From contig CAKTSY010000001.1 in NCBI GenBank assembly GCA_934613415.1, positions 420,001 through 452,000 of the forward strand: a stretch of DNA of 32,000 nucleotides, read 5' to 3'. The DNA is from an uncultured Opitutales bacterium (GTDB lineage Bacteria > Verrucomicrobiota > Verrucomicrobiia > Opitutales > Intestinicryptomonadaceae). The notes under the pieces were generated by a model. It did not search any database. It saw only the letters and a list, made by a program, of their open reading frames with translations, and had not been told where the DNA came from. Made by a program: the position numbers and the translations under genes. Shown piece after piece: positions 1 to 7,606 of the stretch (positions are counted from its first letter, which is position 1; every line of letters starts with the position of its first letter).

Positions 1-1046
1 CGTTCGCCGACAATCCTAAAAGTGTCGCGCCTGCCGGGAACCATTGCAATGCTGTCTAACGCCCTGTTTGCAGCGGCCGGGAATTTGCCGCTGTTTTTAA
101 TATAATCCCACACGCCCATTACAATCGAAAGCAATTCAAAGCGCAATTTTTCGTTGTCGCCAATGGCGTCACCTTCGCCGCCAAGCTCTATCCACCAATA
201 GCCGTAAGCTAAACCGTCGCTATTAAAGCCCCTAAATTTAAGTTGTTCGGGGGTAATTTTCTTTGCCCAAACAGGTGGGGTATACGGCATTGGCTTGTCG
301 TATAATTTAGAGGTAAACATTATAGACGAGCCTTGTCTTGTACCAACGGGGTCGAAATCAGCAAAGGGTTCGCCGAACTTTTTAGAGCCGTCTCTGCCCG
401 ACATAACTTCGGCGTTTGCCTGCATTGCAAGGGTACTGTCGCCCGTGCAGTCTACAAATATCTTTGCCGAAATTTTATAGAGCTTGCGCGAAGTTGAGCA
501 TCTGGCATAAGCGGCTTTAATCTTGTCGTCTTTCATATCCACAGCGCAAATGGCGGTGTCTAAAAGCAGCGTTATGTTTTTTTCGCTTACACATTTGTCG
601 TATAGCAAAAAGTCCCACATTTCCCAAGCTAGCTGCGGGTTGGTTGCCGCATTTGCAAGTTTTAGCTCCTCTATAATGCCGCCCTCGCGCCAACCCGTAT
701 TTGGCGAAAACACTCCCAACGGGTGCATTTTAATTTCCGAACTAGAATTGCCGCCAAGCCTAGACCTGTCTTGAACAAGCACAACTTTTTTGCCGTGGCG
801 CGCCGCCGAAATTGCAGAACACACCCCCGCCAAGCCGCCGCCTGTCACAAGAATGTCGCACTGCAGTTCAACTGTGTCGTCTAAAATGCCAACCGCGTCG
901 CTGGGCGGAAAACTTTGCCTTTTTTGCACGCTCTTTCTTTTGTGTTGCAGGTTGCTGGCCGCGTTTTTGGGCGCTGCCACAACCAAGCTATAGCCGCACA
1001 TTGCGGCCGACGTAGTTAAAAAATTGCGTCTGTTAATTTTGCTCAT
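1..1046 (-). CDS. FAD-dependent oxidoreductase (PF12831 FAD_oxidored-like), Tat-exported; N-terminal ~348 codons only, the 3' end lies beyond the window start
   Basis: Absent from the ORF track because it runs off the edge. Hand translation of the reverse strand from the ATG (complement of 1044-1046) is stop-free to position 1. It reads MSKINRRNFLTTSAAMCGYSLVVAAP (twin-arginine RRNFL motif), then DILVTGGGLAGVCSAISAARHGKKVVLVQDRSRLGGNSS (GxGxxG dinucleotide fold), then ...FVDCTGDSTLA...WWIELGG. The plus-strand ORFs at 295-1015 are antisense shadows. Confidence 0.8.
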   Translation of the reverse strand, partial: MSKINRRNFLTTSAAMCGYSLVVAAPKNAASNLQHKRKSVQKRQSFPPSDAVGILDDTVELQCDILVTGGGLAGVCSAISAARHGKKVVLVQDRSRLGGNSSSEIKMHPLGVFSPNTGWREGGIIEELKLANAATNPQLAWEMWDFLLYDKCVSEKNITLLLDTAICAVDMKDDKIKAAYARCSTSRKLYKISAKIFVDCTGDSTLAMQANAEVMSGRDGSKKFGEPFADFDPVGTRQGSSIMFTSKLYDKPMPYTPPVWAKKITPEQLKFRGFNSDGLAYGYWWIELGGEGDAIGDNEKLRFELLSIVMGVWDYIKNSGKFPAAANRALDSIAMVPGRRDTFRIVGE

Positions 1047-1164
1047 ATATAATCCCCATTATTTATTATGCGCGCTTTGCCGAATTTACGGCAACAAAGC
1101 ACGTTTACAAAGCTGAAAAATTTTGCAAAATATTGCAAACAAATTTTGCCTATTTTGCGCTGCC

Positions 1165-1494
1165 CTATTTTGCCGGCGTCTTTCTTTTTTTTGCCGTTTT
1201 TTTGTGGCAGTTTGCGTCGACTTTTTTCGGTCGCCCCACAGGGGCAGCAACCCTAACAAAACAGTCTTTTACAAAATCTTTTGTCGGCGGTTTTAAAAAT
1301 TCCCACACGGGCATTTTGCAGTTTTCGGCAATGCGCTCTATAGTGTCTAGCCTGATATACTTTTTGCGCCCCGACTCCAAGTCTTGATAGAACTTATAGT
1401 CTAGCCCAAGCTTTTCGGCAAAAGCCTCTTGTGTTAAAGACTTGGCACTGCGCAAAAGCCTAAGCCTTTTGCCAATAAAAAGCATATAGTTCAT
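1165..1494 (-). CDS. XRE-family helix-turn-helix transcriptional regulator with a basic C-terminal tail
   Basis: 109 aa. IGKRLRLLRSAKSLTQEAFAEKLGLDYKFYQDLESGRK is a typical Cro/C1-type HTH. The C-terminus is lysine/arginine-rich (PVGRPKKVDANCHKKTAKKRKTPAK). Confidence 0.8.
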   Translation of the reverse strand: MNYMLFIGKRLRLLRSAKSLTQEAFAEKLGLDYKFYQDLESGRKKYIRLDTIERIAENCKMPVWEFLKPPTKDFVKDCFVRVAAPVGRPKKVDANCHKKTAKKRKTPAK

Positions 1495-1523
1495 CTATAA
1501 ATTGTAATTGCTTTTTTGCACAT

Positions 1524-1550
1524 AAAACACCTGTTAGTTAACGGTGTTTT
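1524..1550. promoter_or_regulatory. Inverted repeat AAAACACC-N11-GGTGTTTT between the divergent XRE and lipoprotein genes (candidate operator)
   Basis: Perfect 8-bp arms at 1524-1531 and 1543-1550. The spacer contains the GTTAAC palindrome. The right arm ends 4 nt before a TTGACA hexamer. The repeat is certain; its function is inferred. Confidence 0.45.
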
Positions 1551-1554
1551 TATC

Positions 1555-1583
1555 TTGACAGGCAATATTTACTTTTTAATTAT
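1555..1583 (+). promoter_or_regulatory. Candidate sigma-70-type promoter for the lipoprotein gene: TTGACA-N17-AATTAT
   Basis: TTGACA at 1555-1560, a 17-nt spacer, AATTAT at 1578-1583. The ATG at 1593 is only 9 nt past the -10 element, which implies a very short or absent leader. Pattern match only. Confidence 0.3.
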
Positions 1584-1592
1584 CCGCCTATT

Positions 1593-3677
1593 ATGACAAA
1601 GAAAATATCTGCAATTTGTTTTACAGCCCTTATTATTATGCTGGTTTCATGCGACAACAAAGCCGCAAAACCAAAGCCCAAACCCGACTACTACGAAGAG
1701 GTTTACAACGCCCCTTCCGCCGAGCAACCCGCCAAGCAAAACTTAAAAGGCAGTGTAAAAACAAACGCCCAAACCATAAAAAACAAGGTTGAAGACACTG
1801 CAATTTCGCTAATAAACGCCTTTGCGCGGGAGCAAGATTCAAAATTCCCGCCCGAAGTTTTAGAAAATCTAAAAAACGGGCTTTTAAAGCTTGGACAAGA
1901 CTACGACACCGAAATGAAAAAGACATGGTTTAACGAACAGGCAACCGCCTACCTAAAACTTGCCGATATAAAAAAGTCGCTAAGCTTCGACGAAATGAAA
2001 GTTTTTAACGCTTCCGAAGCCCAAGCAAAAGGCAACTATGTAAACCAGCTAGACTACTTTGAAATTAACAAGCAAAGCTACGAAACCTACAATTCAATAA
2101 GAAAATCGGCAACGCCAACCGAGCGCAAATTGATAGACGACGTATTCAAGAAATTCAACATTACCGACTACAGGCAAATGGCGAACGACTACGACAGATG
2201 GCGCGCCTTTTTCAGCTCGCGCAATTCAATAAAAACCGACAACGACGCCGTTTTTAACGAAATGCAACAAACCGCAATTTCGCGCTCGCAAGGCGACGCA
2301 AACAAGGCTTTGGAAGAACTCGATTCTTTGTGCTACAAATATACGCAGTTAAAGGAATATAAAATTCTTGATGTTGTAGACGAAAAAATAGAGCGCATAA
2401 AAAAGCAGCTTCAGGAAAAATACCCCAACGATTTCGAAAAGCAACTTGAGGAACTAAAAAAAATGCCGCCCGAAGCCTTCAACAAAGTAGAGCTAAAATA
2501 CGACTTGGGCAAAATATTGTTTAAATACGATTTCGGCAACGGCAAATCGTCTTTGGCTATTCTCTGCAAAATAGGCAACACCCCCGTTATTATAGGCGAC
2601 AAATACCTTATCCCCGACTCTTTGCCCGTAAGCTTCGACAATTCGGTTTGCTCGCTAAAAAGCAACAAAATTATTGTAAACAAAAAATATAAAGTTGTGG
2701 GCTTTATAATAGACAACCTGCCCGACAACTTCGGGGCAATCCCGTCGGTAGACGACGCAAAATCCATAGGCGAAAGCAACGTATTTTCGCTTATATTAAA
2801 CAACGCAAGCGGCATAAATGTGTTTCCTTCTAAATTCAACATTATGGACACAAACAGGCTTTTCGATGTAAGAATTTTACGCGCAGGAATATCGTATATG
2901 ATAGACGGCACAAGCACGCGCGCCTACGACAACCGAAATTACGTTTTTAGGAATAACTACGTTTTTTCGCTGGACAATACGCGCTCTACAAACCGCCAGT
3001 TGTGGACATCTAACGCCGTATTGGCAAACGAAAACGACGGCGAAATTGCGGCATTTTCGATATATCCGCCGCTGCCAAAAATAACTCAGGCTTTGTTTAA
3101 CGATTCTTTAAACTCGATTATAGGCGATCCTAAGCTAAAAGCCTCGCCATTTAGCGACGACGAAGCCAGTGCCTTTTTTGAAACTGCAGGCTACGACCAT
3201 TTTATTCCCGTAAAATTTCTTTCTTTGCAAACGTTAAAAAACACAGAATGGCAAACACTAAATTTAGACGAATACTACAAGCAACAAGCCGAATATAGGA
3301 TTGTGTGTAAATATAATAACGACTTGCTTGTTACAATATTATCACGTTGCAAAAGAGGTGTATGCGAGACTGGTTTATTTGCGCAAGGGTACGAAAAGCT
3401 TATGTCGTCGCTACCAAACACAAAGGGCAACCCAAAAGCTGTAGAGAGCAAAGTTAGAGCCTTTCTTATCTATGTCTACCAAAAAGCCAGATACACCGAA
3501 AAAAGCCTTTCGTATTACGAAAACTACTATAGCGTAATCAGAGAGGACTTTTTGCATCAGCTAAAAATAAACAAATATCTTACAAACTATTTTAAAGAGC
3601 AAATGATAGACCGAAATACTTCTATATTAAACGAAGTAAGAAGCGATTATGTAAGGTACTCTAAAACGCTTAGATAA
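1593..3677 (+). CDS. Hypothetical lipoprotein, 694 aa, no recognisable domain
   Basis: Long intact ORF. The N-terminus MTKKISAICFTALIIMLVSCDNK has a lipobox (LVSC), followed by a KPKPKP linker. The N-terminal half is K/E/Q-rich and predicted helical; the C-terminal half is N/S/V-rich. I recognise no catalytic or family motif. G+C is lower than in neighbouring genes. Confidence 0.75.
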   Translation: MTKKISAICFTALIIMLVSCDNKAAKPKPKPDYYEEVYNAPSAEQPAKQNLKGSVKTNAQTIKNKVEDTAISLINAFAREQDSKFPPEVLENLKNGLLKLGQDYDTEMKKTWFNEQATAYLKLADIKKSLSFDEMKVFNASEAQAKGNYVNQLDYFEINKQSYETYNSIRKSATPTERKLIDDVFKKFNITDYRQMANDYDRWRAFFSSRNSIKTDNDAVFNEMQQTAISRSQGDANKALEELDSLCYKYTQLKEYKILDVVDEKIERIKKQLQEKYPNDFEKQLEELKKMPPEAFNKVELKYDLGKILFKYDFGNGKSSLAILCKIGNTPVIIGDKYLIPDSLPVSFDNSVCSLKSNKIIVNKKYKVVGFIIDNLPDNFGAIPSVDDAKSIGESNVFSLILNNASGINVFPSKFNIMDTNRLFDVRILRAGISYMIDGTSTRAYDNRNYVFRNNYVFSLDNTRSTNRQLWTSNAVLANENDGEIAAFSIYPPLPKITQALFNDSLNSIIGDPKLKASPFSDDEASAFFETAGYDHFIPVKFLSLQTLKNTEWQTLNLDEYYKQQAEYRIVCKYNNDLLVTILSRCKRGVCETGLFAQGYEKLMSSLPNTKGNPKAVESKVRAFLIYVYQKARYTEKSLSYYENYYSVIREDFLHQLKINKYLTNYFKEQMIDRNTSILNEVRSDYVRYSKTLR

Positions 3678-3716
3678 TAAAACACTTTAATTTTTCAGCA
3701 AAAATACAAAACACAC

Positions 3717-3751
3717 AAAAGCGAAGTTCTTAAAACAAACTTCGCTTTTTT
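3717..3751 (+). terminator. Rho-independent terminator after the lipoprotein gene (usable in both directions)
   Basis: GCGAAGTT (3721-3728) pairs with ACTTCGC (3739-3745). A T-run follows at 3746-3751 and an A-run precedes at 3717-3720. Confidence 0.65.
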
Positions 3752-3787
3752 CATGCAAATTTTGCGCAAAATGCCGTTAAATTGCGC

Positions 3788-5206
3788 CTAAAACGCTACG
3801 CCGAATTGCGCGCCCAGAACAAGGGCGTCTGGATATGCCCCGCCTTTTGTGTTTATTATATACTGAATGTCGGGCTGCAAAAACAGGAATTTGTTTAGCT
3901 GAATTTTATAGTTTAGCTCTAGCACCATTTCGTACGAGCCTTTTTCGGGAGCAAGTAGCTTGTCGGAATATTTGCCGTAGGCTACGGCAAAGCAAAGAAC
4001 GTCGTCGGCGCGCGATTTAAAGGGGGCGTTAAACAGCAAACCGCCGCAGGCAAAAAACGGCATATAGGCAAGATTCTCGTTAGGGTCGTATTGCACTGCA
4101 GCCCAGGCAATAATGCCGCGCAAATCTCGGTACGCGTTCGAGGTGTCGCGCGTTATATACGAAGCTTTTTCCCTTTTTGGCATACCCATATTCCAAACCA
4201 TATAGTCGGCCTGAAAATATAGGCTGCAGTTAAAATACGAATATTTGTTTGGGTCGTCGTTATGGGGGGCATTGTACCAGTCGGAAATTATACCCACCGA
4301 AACGTTTGCGGGCGATTTGCCGCTATCGTCGTGGTTTATATCCCAACCAATTTCAAAGTTGGCGTTTACGCCAATGCTTTTTTCGAAAGACCAGTCTAGC
4401 CCGTGTCTTGAATTTGCGTCTTGCGAAGGATCGTTAATTTGGTATACGCCCGCCTTTATGTATGCGCCGTCTTTTTGCTCTAAATTTAAATATGCGCCCC
4501 ACACGCCCGAAGGATATGCCGAAAGCTTTGTTTGGTAGAACATACCCACGGGGTTGCCGTCTACCGAATTGCTCATATATAGCCAATATATGGGCTTGGT
4601 CATAAAATTGTCGCCCGCCGCAAAACGCCCAAGCTTTAGCCTTAAGATATATTCGTCGTCAAAAATCGGCTTTTCGTACATCAAAAATAGCGACTGGAAA
4701 TTTATTGTTTGCGAGCCGTAGTTTTGCTGAACGCTAAAAGTGTTGCCCAAATATTTGGGGGTTATGCTGTCGCCCGAACGCCACGCCCAAGTGTTGCCAA
4801 GGCTTAACCCGTTTAACGCCTTTTTGCCGCTAAGTTTGCCTATGTCTAAGCCAACGCCCAAATTAAACGAATTTGAAATACCCGTGCCCCTAGCCCTGCC
4901 GCCCGTAGGGTTGCCAGCAAAATTGCCTATGTAGGTAAAAACGGGAACAACGCCCGAGCTTTCCAACTTGGCGCGCTCGTCGAAAAAGAACGGGAACGCC
5001 CCGCTTTTAGAAAACCACTCTTCAAAAAAGTGGCATTCGGGGGCGTCTACATCGTCGTAATAGTCGTTATACATTGCCGTGTAAGGCAGCGGCATTTCGC
5101 TGTCTACATCGTAGGTGGGGTGCTTAAAATAGTTGCGCTGAATGGCAAAAAGCGGCAACGCCGAAAGTGCAAACAAAAATGCGGCAAAAAGGTTTTTATT
5201 TGTCAT
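3788..5206 (-). CDS. Carbohydrate-selective porin, OprB family
   Basis: 472 aa with signal peptide MTNKNLFAAFLFALSALPLFA. OprB-like blocks are LKLGRFAAGDNF and LQPDIQYIINTKGG. The C-terminus ends in ...GAQFGVAF, with the terminal aromatic residue typical of outer-membrane beta-barrels. Confidence 0.75.
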   Translation of the reverse strand: MTNKNLFAAFLFALSALPLFAIQRNYFKHPTYDVDSEMPLPYTAMYNDYYDDVDAPECHFFEEWFSKSGAFPFFFDERAKLESSGVVPVFTYIGNFAGNPTGGRARGTGISNSFNLGVGLDIGKLSGKKALNGLSLGNTWAWRSGDSITPKYLGNTFSVQQNYGSQTINFQSLFLMYEKPIFDDEYILRLKLGRFAAGDNFMTKPIYWLYMSNSVDGNPVGMFYQTKLSAYPSGVWGAYLNLEQKDGAYIKAGVYQINDPSQDANSRHGLDWSFEKSIGVNANFEIGWDINHDDSGKSPANVSVGIISDWYNAPHNDDPNKYSYFNCSLYFQADYMVWNMGMPKREKASYITRDTSNAYRDLRGIIAWAAVQYDPNENLAYMPFFACGGLLFNAPFKSRADDVLCFAVAYGKYSDKLLAPEKGSYEMVLELNYKIQLNKFLFLQPDIQYIINTKGGAYPDALVLGAQFGVAF

Positions 5207-5279
5207 AATGCAATCTGGTTTAATTTCGTAAAAAATGTTGCGTTTTTAAACTAAAAAACCGCCTGCTAAAAAAGCGCGC

Positions 5280-6161
5280 CTAGGTTCTGTGCAGGTTTGC
5301 CGAGCCTTCGCTTTCGGGCTCTATATGAACGTGAACGTCGGCGCGCGGCTCTACGCTCTGAACGGCTTTTTCAAGCTTTTCGGCAATGTCGTGCGCCTGC
5401 AAAATCGTCAAATGAGGGTCTACATGTATGCTAACTTCAACCTGCATATCCGCCCCCGAATTTCGCACGCGCAAGTCGTGAAAATATATAATGTCGTCTA
5501 CCGAACTTATTGCCATAGAAATTTTGCCCACTGCCTCTTTGGGGGCTTTGTCGAGAAGGTCGTCTATAGAGCGCGCCCCAAGCCTAAGCGAAACAAACAC
5601 CACTATGCATGCCACCGCCAGTGCCGCAATGCAGTCGGCAAAAAAGTAGCCGTAGTGCGCCATAATCAAGCCAGCCAAAACAACCGCGCTGCTTAGAATG
5701 TCGGTCGAAAAATGCAGAGCGTCGGCCTCCAACGCCTGGCTGTTGTGCTCTTTTGCCGCCTTCATAAGCGCGCGCGATCTGAAAAAGTCTACGCAAATAG
5801 ACGTTATAACCACAGCATACGCCCAAAAGCTTACCTCTATATGCGTGTTGCCGCTTGCCAAACGCTCTAGGGCTTCGTATACAATCCATACGCACGTTGC
5901 AATAAGCAGCCCCGTTTCTATCAGTGCCGACAAGTTTTCTATTTTGCCATGCCCAAAATTGTGATCTTTGTCGGCGGGCTTGTCTGAAATTTTTACCGCA
6001 ATAAAGGTAATAAAAGCCGCAACAAAATCCAATAGCGAATGCAAAGCCTCCGACAATATACCCAGCGACCCCGTAAGGAACCCCACAACCATCTTAAAAG
6101 TTGTAAGGAATACGGCGGCTACAACCGACATAAACGCGGCTTTGTCTTTGTTTGTTTGCAC
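5280..6161 (-). CDS. Cation diffusion facilitator (CDF) family divalent-metal efflux transporter
   Basis: 293 aa. SLGILSEALHSLLDFVAAFITFIAVKISDKPADKDHNFGHGKIENLSALIE is the canonical CDF TM2-TM3 region, followed by a C-terminal cytoplasmic domain. The GTG start at 6161 lies 3 nt after the thyA stop; an ATG at codon 11 is an alternative start. Confidence 0.85.
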   Translation of the reverse strand: MQTNKDKAAFMSVVAAVFLTTFKMVVGFLTGSLGILSEALHSLLDFVAAFITFIAVKISDKPADKDHNFGHGKIENLSALIETGLLIATCVWIVYEALERLASGNTHIEVSFWAYAVVITSICVDFFRSRALMKAAKEHNSQALEADALHFSTDILSSAVVLAGLIMAHYGYFFADCIAALAVACIVVFVSLRLGARSIDDLLDKAPKEAVGKISMAISSVDDIIYFHDLRVRNSGADMQVEVSIHVDPHLTILQAHDIAEKLEKAVQSVEPRADVHVHIEPESEGSANLHRT

Positions 6162-6164
6162 TTT

Positions 6165-6962
6165 TTAAACGGCTATGGGAGCTTTTATGGCAGGGTACGG
6201 ATTATACCCTACAATTTCAAAATCTTCAAAATCAAAATCTTCAAGATTTTTCTTTTCGGGGTTAAGCTTTAATGTGGGCAGCTCGCGCGGGGTGCGGCTT
6301 AGCTGCTCTTTAACCTGCTGAATGTGGTTTTTGTATATGTGCAAATCGCCAAAAGTGTGCACAAATTCCTTTGGTTTGTAGCCGCAAACCTGGGCAACCA
6401 TATAAGTTAAAAACGCATACGAAGCTATGTTGAAAGGCACGCCCAAAAACAGGTCTGCACTGCGCTGATACAACTGGCAGCTAAGCTCTTTATTGGCATT
6501 AACATAAAATTGGAACATTGCGTGACATGGCGGCAGCGCCATTTTAGAAAGCTCGCCCGGGTTCCAAGCGCACACAATGTGCCTGCGGCCGAACGGGTCG
6601 TTCTTAAGCGATTCTACAACGTTTTTAATTTGGTTAATGCTTTTGCCGTCGGGCGTGCGCCAGTCGGTCCATTGTGCGCCGTATATGCGGCCTAAATCGC
6701 CGTTTTTGTCGGCCCACTCGTCCCAAATTGTAACTTTGTGGTCGTGCAAATATTTCACGTTTGTGTCGCCCTTTAAGAACCAAAGCAACTCGTATAAAAT
6801 AGAACGCGTATGCAGTTTTTTTGTGGTTAAAAGGGGGAAAGACTTCGACAAATCAAACCTTGCCTGTGCGCCGAATACGCCTATTGTGCCGACTTTCGTT
6901 CTGTCGGTGCGCTCGCAGCCGTTTTTTAGTACAAAATCAAGTAAATCCAAATATTGTTTCAT
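6165..6962 (-). CDS. thyA: Thymidylate synthase (ThyA type)
   Basis: 265 aa. [31 protein letters not shown]...[10 protein letters not shown]...[13 protein letters not shown]...[14 protein letters not shown] match ThyA along the full length, including the catalytic PPCH cysteine. Confidence 0.97.
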   Translation of the reverse strand: MKQYLDLLDFVLKNGCERTDRTKVGTIGVFGAQARFDLSKSFPLLTTKKLHTRSILYELLWFLKGDTNVKYLHDHKVTIWDEWADKNGDLGRIYGAQWTDWRTPDGKSINQIKNVVESLKNDPFGRRHIVCAWNPGELSKMALPPCHAMFQFYVNANKELSCQLYQRSADLFLGVPFNIASYAFLTYMVAQVCGYKPKEFVHTFGDLHIYKNHIQQVKEQLSRTPRELPTLKLNPEKKNLEDFDFEDFEIVGYNPYPAIKAPIAV

Positions 6963-7218
6963 TGCGTAAAAATGTTAGTGTATCGGCAACTTTTTAAAAG
7001 CCTAAATTTATATAAAATATATAAATGCAATAATTGCATATTTTAAGACTGTTTTTTATAAGGCAAAAATTTGCGATACGCCGCAATAAACAAAAACAAC
7101 TTGCTGATAGGCAAACAATTGAATTTTTGCAATAAAAAATTGGCGGCAAAAAAGCCAAATATAATTTTAAGAAAAGCAACTAGCGGCAAAAAATGTATAA
7201 ATTTTTCTAAAAATTTGC

Positions 7219-7246
7219 TTGCATAAGGCAAAGCAATTAGTACTAT
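7219..7246 (+). promoter_or_regulatory. Candidate promoter for tRNA-Lys: TTGCAT-N16-TACTAT
   Basis: Hexamers at 7219-7224 and 7241-7246. The predicted start is about 10 nt before the mature tRNA 5' end. Pattern match only. Confidence 0.3.
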
Positions 7247-7263
7247 ACCTACTCTATTGTTAA

Positions 7264-7336
<73 letters not shown>

Positions 7337-7347
7337 CGTTAGCAATT

Positions 7348-7378
7348 AAGGACTTGTTTTTTAGCAAGTCCTTTTTTT
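7348..7378 (+). terminator. Rho-independent terminator after tRNA-Lys
   Basis: AAGGACTTG (7348-7356) pairs with CAAGTCCTT (7365-7373), followed by a T-run. Confidence 0.65.
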
Positions 7379-7549
7379 ATTTTCAATTTTTCGCAGCTTT
7401 TGTGCGAAATGTTATTTTATCCATTTTATACAGCTTTTGATGCAAGGTGTATTTTTATTGTTTTTTACCTTTTACGTTTTCTTATCTTCAACTTAAGTTT
7501 TAATTGTTTTGACAGTATATTTACAAAAATAACTCCGTAAATTTTTCAC

Positions 7550-7580
7550 AAAAAAAGCCCTTTTGGATAACCAAAAAGGC
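7550..7580 (-). terminator. Rho-independent terminator after the PEP-CTERM protein gene (bidirectional)
   Basis: GCCCTTTTGG (7557-7566) pairs with CCAAAAAGGC (7571-7580) with one mismatch. An A-run (7550-7556) and a T-run (7581-7585) flank it on the plus strand. Confidence 0.55.
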
Positions 7581-7606
7581 TTTTTGTTTTTTGCTTGTAG
7601 CAAAAG

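Noticed and set aside
295-1015. Four plus-strand ORFs of 61-83 aa (295-480, 523-774, 790-993, 812-1015)
   Set aside because: They are antisense shadows of the edge-truncated FAD-oxidoreductase gene on the minus strand. That gene translates without stops and carries clear Tat and Rossmann motifs. The shadow products are low-complexity and match no family.
6211-6250. Short direct nucleotide repeat (AAAATCTTCAA twice) that looks like a micro-tandem array
   Set aside because: It lies inside the thyA 3' region and simply encodes the acidic stretch EDFDFEDFE. It is not a CRISPR or a regulatory repeat.
6994-7231. Two minus-strand ORFs (61-62 aa) in the thyA/tRNA-Lys spacer
   Set aside because: The region is extremely AT-rich promoter DNA. 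The products are Phe/Leu/Ile/Lys strings of the kind produced by translating A/T runs. There is no start context and they would overlap the promoters.
7440-7496. 18-codon hydrophobic mini-ORF (MQGVFLLFFTFYVFLSST) downstream of tRNA-Lys, reminiscent of type I toxin peptides
   Set aside because: There is no Shine-Dalgarno, promoter or antisense-RNA-like structure. T-rich spacers translate to Phe/Leu-rich peptides by chance. It cannot be supported without ribosome-profiling or conservation data.
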